Source: a virus (taxonomy: Duplodnaviria; Heunggongvirae; Uroviricota; Caudoviricetes). Taken from it: DNA of 10,992 bases. The notes beneath the pieces were generated by a model, which worked only from the letters and a program-made list of their open reading frames with translations, made no database searches and was not told the DNA's origin. This document shows, piece after piece, positions 6,284-10,992 of this stretch. The stretch lies in IMG/VR virus record IMGVR_UViG_2698536573_000008; one strand, written 5' to 3'. The stretch's first letter is position 1; each line of letters starts with the position of its first letter. Position numbers and translations under genes: made by a program.

Positions 6284-7187
6284 GTGCGCCCCCTGTGCGA
6301 ATACGTCCGGCAAAAAAGCAAACGTGATCCCGCGCCAGAATGCGGCGGGCTTCCTGCTCAGTCTCTGCGGCGATATGGTGAATTTTGACGGTAATTGTCG
6401 GCATATCGCGGCGAACTGCTGCGATAATCCAGATAAATTGCGGTTTTTGGGTAGGGGTAGTAGCCAGCATAGCGGCAGCCTCTGATTCATGGTTTTGAGA
6501 ACCACCACCGGAAACGCCAATTTCGCTGGTGGTGAACTGTACAGGGTTGGCGTAACCGGGAATCAGAGAAACCGGCGCGGATTGCTCCGCCCCCATACAG
6601 TCCACCATTGAACAGGTGTAACTGCGCGGCACAAAAAAACACGCATGGCGCGTGTTGTGCGCTCTGATAATTACCGGGACGCCAATCCCGACACCAGATT
6701 TTGCTGGTGCGCTATAACCATAAACCGGGTTGGCGATAGTCGGCAAGCCCTTTTTTATGGACTCCAGAAACTCACCTTCGCGCGTGCGCGTACTGTTGCA
6801 TAAATTCCCTGCATCTAGTGGTGATGTCAGAAAAATCTTCCCGCCTCGTGTAGTGATGATGGGAAAATCTTCCTCGCGTAGTGACCCCCAATAAATCTTC
6901 GTGCGCGTACTGGTCTCGAAACTCTCCTCGTCACCACGACGAGAAAATGAGGAGCTGGCATTAGCTGGCACTGTTATGCCAGCTTCGCATTCATGCGCGT
7001 GCGTACTTGTCCCGAAAACACCAAGATTTGTAAAGATCTGGCGGTGGCAAATGTCAGGTTTTGACAGGTTCCAAACGTCGCTATTTGTCGCAATCTGGCG
7101 GCGGGCTGCTTTGCTCCAGACGTTAACATTTGCATACATCAGGCCAGCCAGGGGAAAGGCTTTATTCTGGATGGCGGCATTAAGCAT
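6276..7187 (-). CDS. hypothetical protein, start uncertain (303 codons if started at 7187)
   Basis: C-terminal half (about 6279-6770) has protein-like sequence. The part encoded by about 6772-7105 is densely repetitive DNA and gives low-complexity S/T/R/G-rich translation. The ATG at 7187 overlaps the antirepressor stop (ATGCTTAA) with a GGGGG RBS, but the true start may be internal or non-ATG. Confidence 0.4.
   Translation of the reverse strand: MLNAAIQNKAFPLAGLMYANVNVWSKAARRQIATNSDVWNLSKPDICHRQIFTNLGVFGTSTHAHECEAGITVPANASSSFSRRGDEESFETSTRTKIYWGSLREEDFPIITTRGGKIFLTSPLDAGNLCNSTRTREGEFLESIKKGLPTIANPVYGYSAPAKSGVGIGVPVIIRAHNTRHACFFVPRSYTCSMVDCMGAEQSAPVSLIPGYANPVQFTTSEIGVSGGGSQNHESEAAAMLATTPTQKPQFIWIIAAVRRDMPTITVKIHHIAAETEQEARRILARDHVCFFAGRIRTGGAHA
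6772..6945. repeat. degenerate tandem repeat array, period about 26-32 bp, 5-7 units
   Basis: Units begin near 6772, 6803, 6833, 6865, 6893, 6919 with shared AAAT(C)TTC(C) plus GTAGTGA/GTACTG cores. Exact 13-mer CGTGCGCGTACTG at 6783-6795 and 6900-6912, with a variant GCGCGTGCGTACTTG near 6994-7008. Confidence 0.6.
6953..6984. promoter_or_regulatory. operator-like cluster: AGCTGGCA x2 direct plus inverted copy TGCCAGCT
   Basis: AGCTGGCA at 6953-6960 and 6963-6970; TGCCAGCT at 6977-6984. Copies 2 and 3 form a perfect 8-bp inverted repeat with a 6-nt spacer. Confidence 0.4.
7052..7070. promoter_or_regulatory. bipartite 19-nt motif TGTCAGGTTTTGACAGGTT (copy 2 of 2)
   Basis: 17/19 identical to 1796-1814; the two differences fall at the same relative position in each half-site. 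Flanked by a direct repeat ATTTGT-N4-ATCTGGCGG (7026-7044 and 7083-7101). Confidence 0.4.
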
Positions 7188-8013
7188 GATTAGCCCCCAG
7201 ATGTTTAGCTAACCAGCGCTGAGAGAGGCGGATTAGCTCGGCTTTACGCAGGTCATATCCCATACCCATATCAATTAACGTGATATTGGTGCTTTCGAGA
7301 TAGGCGAGGTGTTCAAGCTGTGCTGCGTTCATGCTGTCCCGTGGTTCGCCAGTAATGCCATTTGCCTGCGCCCACTGCTTCGCCGTCATGCCACCCAGCA
7401 CGATACGGGCGATCATGTTGCTCTCGTTGCTGTAGTGGCGCTGCTGCGTCGTTTTACCCAGCTCGGCACGGGCCATATTCAGCGCATCGCACATCGGCTT
7501 AAAGTTGTTTGCGGCACTGATACGGGCTTTTAGCTGGCGACGATAGCGGGCGGCGATTTCAGGCACGCTACGCTGTAATTCTTCCTCGCACTGGATGAAA
7601 TAACGACGGATAGCGCGACCCTGATCATTGCGTTCGATCATTGCCAGTTCTTTCGCCATTCCGACACTTAACAGATAGTCTTTGCCGGGTCTGCCAGACT
7701 GCTTAATCTTGCTGTAAGCCGCGCCATTCGGGCTTTTCCCCAGATTTGGGGAAATTGTTTTATGGACTGAGTAATCGTGCCCAATGGTGAAGTCATATTC
7801 AGAGATGCGATCAGTGATCCATGTAGAGAAGTCTTTTCCCACGCCCAACGCTTTGTGTAACGCTTTTGCGCTAACAATATTGGTTTCACGCCCACCGATA
7901 TGACCAGGAATAACCGGGACAATTGTGGCAAATTCATTACCGTTAATTGTTCCCTGATAGGCGTTCAGATGAGGGGCGGCCTCAGAAATTAATCTGCTTT
8001 TTTCGATGTTCAT
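7180..8013 (-). CDS. phage antirepressor-like protein with AntA/Rha-type N-terminal domain (277 aa)
   Basis: ATG at 8013-8011, TAA at 7182-7180. N-terminal SAKALHKALGVGKDFSTWITDRISEYDFTIGHDY ... GRPGKDYLLSVGMAKELAMIE resembles the AntA/Rha antirepressor domain. C-terminal half unassigned. Confidence 0.65.
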   Translation of the reverse strand: MNIEKSRLISEAAPHLNAYQGTINGNEFATIVPVIPGHIGGRETNIVSAKALHKALGVGKDFSTWITDRISEYDFTIGHDYSVHKTISPNLGKSPNGAAYSKIKQSGRPGKDYLLSVGMAKELAMIERNDQGRAIRRYFIQCEEELQRSVPEIAARYRRQLKARISAANNFKPMCDALNMARAELGKTTQQRHYSNESNMIARIVLGGMTAKQWAQANGITGEPRDSMNAAQLEHLAYLESTNITLIDMGMGYDLRKAELIRLSQRWLAKHLGANHA

Positions 8014-8025
8014 TTTCAGTCTCCG

Positions 8026-8460
8026 TTAGGCGGCGGTGAGATTGTCCGGGTATAGGTTGAGAATGTCGGCAATTTCAGGCTGAGAAAGTCCCTGATAGCC
8101 GCCAGCGTCGGCGTTATGGTTCACAAGCCGAATAACTTTTAGAACGTCACCGCGCCCGGTAAAGCGATAGCGTAAATGTGACCCTATCCCGTCGGGGTTC
8201 TTTTCGTCTATACGCTCAAGCTGAATATCAAGCCTGCGCTCTAACTCGCTGGCGTAGTTCCTTCCAGATGAAAGGCGGCAATATCGCAGAATGTCGTTTT
8301 CTGTCCATCCCTCTACGCCAGTACGCAGCATATAGACGCGGGCGCGGTGTTTCTTTGGGGTTCGCTTAGGTACTTGTACCGGGCTGGTGGTCGGCGTAAT
8401 ATCAGACGTGCGAATATCTGAGTTAGCCGCCTGCTGTACGGGGCGGTTTTTCTTTTTCAT
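8026..8460 (-). CDS. hypothetical protein (144 aa), basic N-terminus
   Basis: ATG at 8460-8458 overlapping the AlpA stop (TAATG). Lys/Arg/Pro-rich N-terminal region. No motif recognised. Confidence 0.6.
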   Translation of the reverse strand: MKKKNRPVQQAANSDIRTSDITPTTSPVQVPKRTPKKHRARVYMLRTGVEGWTENDILRYCRLSSGRNYASELERRLDIQLERIDEKNPDGIGSHLRYRFTGRGDVLKVIRLVNHNADAGGYQGLSQPEIADILNLYPDNLTAA

Positions 8461-8663
8461 TACGCCACCTTTCCCCGGCGCTCCGCCAGCCAGTTATTAA
8501 TCTCTACCGCATCAAAGGCGGTAATCTTCTCCCCCAGCTTTACCGGGCGCGGTAGCGAGCCGCTGCGAACTTTGCGATCAATGGTTGAAACACTAACGCC
8601 CAGCAATTCAGCAAGGCGGAAGCGTCTGATATAGCCTTTTGTAGGGATAGTGTCGATGTTCAT
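8460..8663 (-). CDS. alpA: AlpA-family phage transcriptional regulator / excisionase-like HTH protein (67 aa)
   Basis: ATG at 8663-8661, TAA at 8462-8460. HTH region LAELLGVSVSTIDRKVRSGSLPRPVKLGEKITAFDAVEINNWL matches the AlpA/excisionase-family pattern. Position after int is typical of P4-like and PICI elements. Confidence 0.8.
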   Translation of the reverse strand: MNIDTIPTKGYIRRFRLAELLGVSVSTIDRKVRSGSLPRPVKLGEKITAFDAVEINNWLAERRGKVA

Positions 8664-8735
8664 GATTCCCGTAACCTCTTAGCGGTAGTTGTTGCTTCGT
8701 TACGAGAAATCTAGCTGTATAGATATACAATGAAA

Positions 8736-8759
8736 AGGTACTGTAATTTTGCAGTACCT
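8736..8759 (-). terminator. hairpin, possible intrinsic terminator after the 316-aa gene (or operator upstream of alpA)
   Basis: Perfect 8-bp inverted repeat AGGTACTG (8736-8743) / CAGTACCT (8752-8759) with an 8-nt loop, followed on the minus strand by a U-rich tract (TTTTCATTGTAT). Lies in the 106-bp gap between the 316-aa gene stop and the alpA start. Confidence 0.35.
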
Positions 8760-8769
8760 CTATAGCAAG

Positions 8770-9720
8770 TTAACTATCCACTTTGCCATTTGCCGCAGAT
8801 CGCAGCTGTTTAAGAATTACATCTTCATTAGTTATCATAAGTGGTGGAACTTCGTCTAAATGACGAACAAGACAGTCACGCCACTTCTCAGGGCTTATTT
8901 CTTTCCTTACTCCCCTGCATTCATTTGGATACTTACTAAGTATATAAATTGCAGATTTTAATAGTTTCTCCCTATTGACTGCGTACCGTTCGGCACGTTT
9001 ATTAACTTTTAGCGTATTTATATCATTGGATAACTTGTTTGCGGGTGGTTTGTGCATGGGTCTGTCATAAATATATTTTCCTCCATTTATAAGAAGATTG
9101 TATTCATAGTCAGTTATATACATTTTATTTCGGCTTATTTCATACCAGCCGTCAATATAAAAAGCTCCGATTTCATAATTATTCGATTTGCTAAACTCGT
9201 CACATCTCGGAGGCGTCAGTTCGCATACGGAGATCTCCCAATCATCCCATTCTGATAGCTCCCGCTCATCGTTATCTATGAACGCAGACGGAATTGCTAA
9301 TAGACCGTTCCATCTTTCGATATCTCTTTCATCCTTCCCAACATTGTATCGCTCTATAACTGAGAAATGTTCTGATTTGTATGAAAACCTCATAAAATAC
9401 ATATGGTTATCGCTATTTTTATAATCAAGCGGTGATAAGCCATATGATTCGAGATTATCTGCCTCATTGCTCAGATTAAGAAGATAATTCTCATGTGCTG
9501 CTTTTGTATCTATATGAAAAATACTATCTGTTTCAACTTTAAGTAATTCTGGGTCGGCATCTTCATTTTTGGGGTAATGGTAAAACAATTCAATAGGTGG
9601 AATTTTTATACATATTTCTAAAACCCCAATTGCTGCATAGTGTATTAAATCGGATACTTCACATCCGGCCAGTTTGGCTGCTTTATCCAAAGAATAATAT
9701 TTATGCGCAGGTAATTTCAT
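8770..9720 (-). CDS. AT-rich orphan protein (316 aa), possible N-terminal HTH; candidate accessory or anti-phage cargo
   Basis: ATG at 9720-9718 (GAGAGGAAAG upstream), TAA at 8772-8770. Hand-counted GC about 23-37% in sampled 60-nt blocks versus about 60% in the primase. N-terminal YYSLDKAAKLAGCEVSDLIHYAAIGVL resembles an excisionase/MerR-type HTH. The rest is acidic and Tyr/Trp-rich with no catalytic motif recognised. Starts 18 nt after the integrase stop. Confidence 0.8.
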   Translation of the reverse strand: MKLPAHKYYSLDKAAKLAGCEVSDLIHYAAIGVLEICIKIPPIELFYHYPKNEDADPELLKVETDSIFHIDTKAAHENYLLNLSNEADNLESYGLSPLDYKNSDNHMYFMRFSYKSEHFSVIERYNVGKDERDIERWNGLLAIPSAFIDNDERELSEWDDWEISVCELTPPRCDEFSKSNNYEIGAFYIDGWYEISRNKMYITDYEYNLLINGGKYIYDRPMHKPPANKLSNDINTLKVNKRAERYAVNREKLLKSAIYILSKYPNECRGVRKEISPEKWRDCLVRHLDEVPPLMITNEDVILKQLRSAANGKVDS

Positions 9721-9738
9721 TATGAATCTTTCCTCTCA

Positions 9739-10992
9739 TCATGCTCTGATTGGCGTTACGTTGTAGTCTTTTCCGCTTTCCAGTGCCACCAGCAAATCAC
9801 ACCACTGCGCCAGCGCCGCTTTACGCTCATCAAAATACTGGTGACGGTTATAGATACCTTCCACGCCTTTAATTTTGTGATTAAGGCATCTTTCTGCGAC
9901 TACCGGATCAACGCCCAGCGCTGCTAAATGAGTACGTGCGGTGCGTCGGAAGTCGTGAATCGTGAAATTAGGCACATCAGGCATTTCAGCGCGAACCTTA
10001 GCCAGTGCTACGGGTAAAGTGCTTTCCTGAATATGTGGGATCATTCTGTTTTGCATCTTCCTGGCTGGAAGCACCCATGCGCTGTTGCATGAGAACGTTT
10101 TAAGCTCTCTCAGCCATTCGACGGCTGGCGGTGCTAATGGGATGTCTATAGCGTCGCCGTTTTTGCTGCGTTCCTCTGGTAAATGCCATACGGCTTTATC
10201 AAAATCGAACTCCTCCCAGCGGGCGGCGCATAACTCCATTTTGCGGACGCATAACGCTAACAGTAATTTGAACGTGATTTCGTTCTGACGGCTGAATCCC
10301 TTAGCCGTGCGCATAGCCTGAAACAGTCGGATTAGTTCGCCACGTGTTAACCAGCGGTCGCGGGAAACTTCTTTCCCTCCGGCGTCTGCCACCTCAAAGG
10401 CTGAACACGGGTTAATCTCCAGTGCGTGCCGCTTAATGCCGTAGTCAAATATGCGGCGTGTCCAGCGCAGAACGTCCGTTGCTATGGTCGGCGCTCCACG
10501 GTCAACAATACTTTTCAGCATGTCGTCGATATGGCGCGGCTTCACGTCCTCCACCTTCATGCTGCCAATGCATGGGTTTATATCTTTGTCGATACGGCGG
10601 CGGAGTATATCGGGGTGCTTCCAGCGCGGGAGGATCTGACGCTCAAAGTATTCAGCGGCAAGCTCTGAAACGCGCATAGCGTTCTTCTCTGCTTCCATCT
10701 TCGCCAGTGCTTCGGTTTTGCGCTTCTGCTTCTCTCCTGCAACGTCATAGCCCAGCGCAACGCGAGCCGATAGCTCTTTGGCTGTCTCTCTGGCCTTTGA
10801 TAGTGATAGCTCGGCATATGAGCCAATCAGCATGGCGCGGGGTTTCCCTGCGAATTTATAGCGGAATCGCCAGACGGGGGTCTGGTAGTTTTCGCGGTAT
10901 GAAAGATAAAGCCCGTTACCGTCAGAGCGTCCCTCGAATCGCTCCCCGGCCTTTATCCATGCGCGGATCTGCATGTCTGTGAGTTTTGGCAT
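9739..10992 (-). CDS. int: P4-type tyrosine integrase (417 aa)
   Basis: ATG at 10992-10990 (window edge), TGA at 9741-9739. N-terminal arm-binding-type motifs (DGNGLYLSY, WRFRYKFAGKPR, LSLSKARE). C-terminal catalytic region HDFRRTARTHL with tyrosine in GIYNRHQY. Confidence 0.93.
   Translation of the reverse strand: MPKLTDMQIRAWIKAGERFEGRSDGNGLYLSYRENYQTPVWRFRYKFAGKPRAMLIGSYAELSLSKARETAKELSARVALGYDVAGEKQKRKTEALAKMEAEKNAMRVSELAAEYFERQILPRWKHPDILRRRIDKDINPCIGSMKVEDVKPRHIDDMLKSIVDRGAPTIATDVLRWTRRIFDYGIKRHALEINPCSAFEVADAGGKEVSRDRWLTRGELIRLFQAMRTAKGFSRQNEITFKLLLALCVRKMELCAARWEEFDFDKAVWHLPEERSKNGDAIDIPLAPPAVEWLRELKTFSCNSAWVLPARKMQNRMIPHIQESTLPVALAKVRAEMPDVPNFTIHDFRRTARTHLAALGVDPVVAERCLNHKIKGVEGIYNRHQYFDERKAALAQWCDLLVALESGKDYNVTPIRA

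Noticed and set aside
6284-6520. N-terminal extension of ORF 6104..6520 (138 aa)
   Set aside because: The extension is Leu/Pro/Arg-rich and overlaps the better-supported frame of 6276..7187; the ATG at 6283 with a GGGGG RBS gives a plausible 59-aa protein.
7668-7937. Minus-strand 89-aa ORF
   Set aside because: Lies entirely within the antirepressor-like gene in another frame; no independent support.
10085-10982. Several short plus-strand ORFs within the integrase region
   Set aside because: All are antisense to the integrase, whose conserved motifs fix the coding strand and frame.

Overview
The window looks like the integrase-proximal part of an enterobacterial P4-like / PICI-type integrative satellite island. 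Every credible gene is on the minus strand, running leftward from a P4-type tyrosine integrase whose ATG sits at the right window edge (10992), so attL and any tRNA target lie outside the window. Order, right to left: integrase; an AT-rich 316-aa orphan gene; a hairpin; an AlpA-family regulator; a 144-aa ORF; an AntA-type antirepressor-like gene; a repeat-dense region inside/around an uncertain 303-codon ORF; a chain of five short translationally coupled ORFs; a P4 alpha-like primase-helicase; an iteron array (GTAGGGATA, 11 copies) directly after the primase stop; a lower-GC two-gene cassette (57-aa protein plus a standalone FtsH/M41-like HEXXH metallopeptidase domain); a PerC-family regulator; and a 61-aa ORF. 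Seven gene junctions have overlapping start/stop codons. No rRNA, tRNA or CRISPR array is visible. The two best candidates for an undescribed accessory or anti-phage function are the coupled small-protein/M41-peptidase pair (816..1660) and the AT-rich orphan gene between int and alpA (8770..9720). The backbone also shows a bipartite repeat architecture flanking the primase, reminiscent of P4 ori/crr. All functional calls come from motif recognition by eye, with no database search run.
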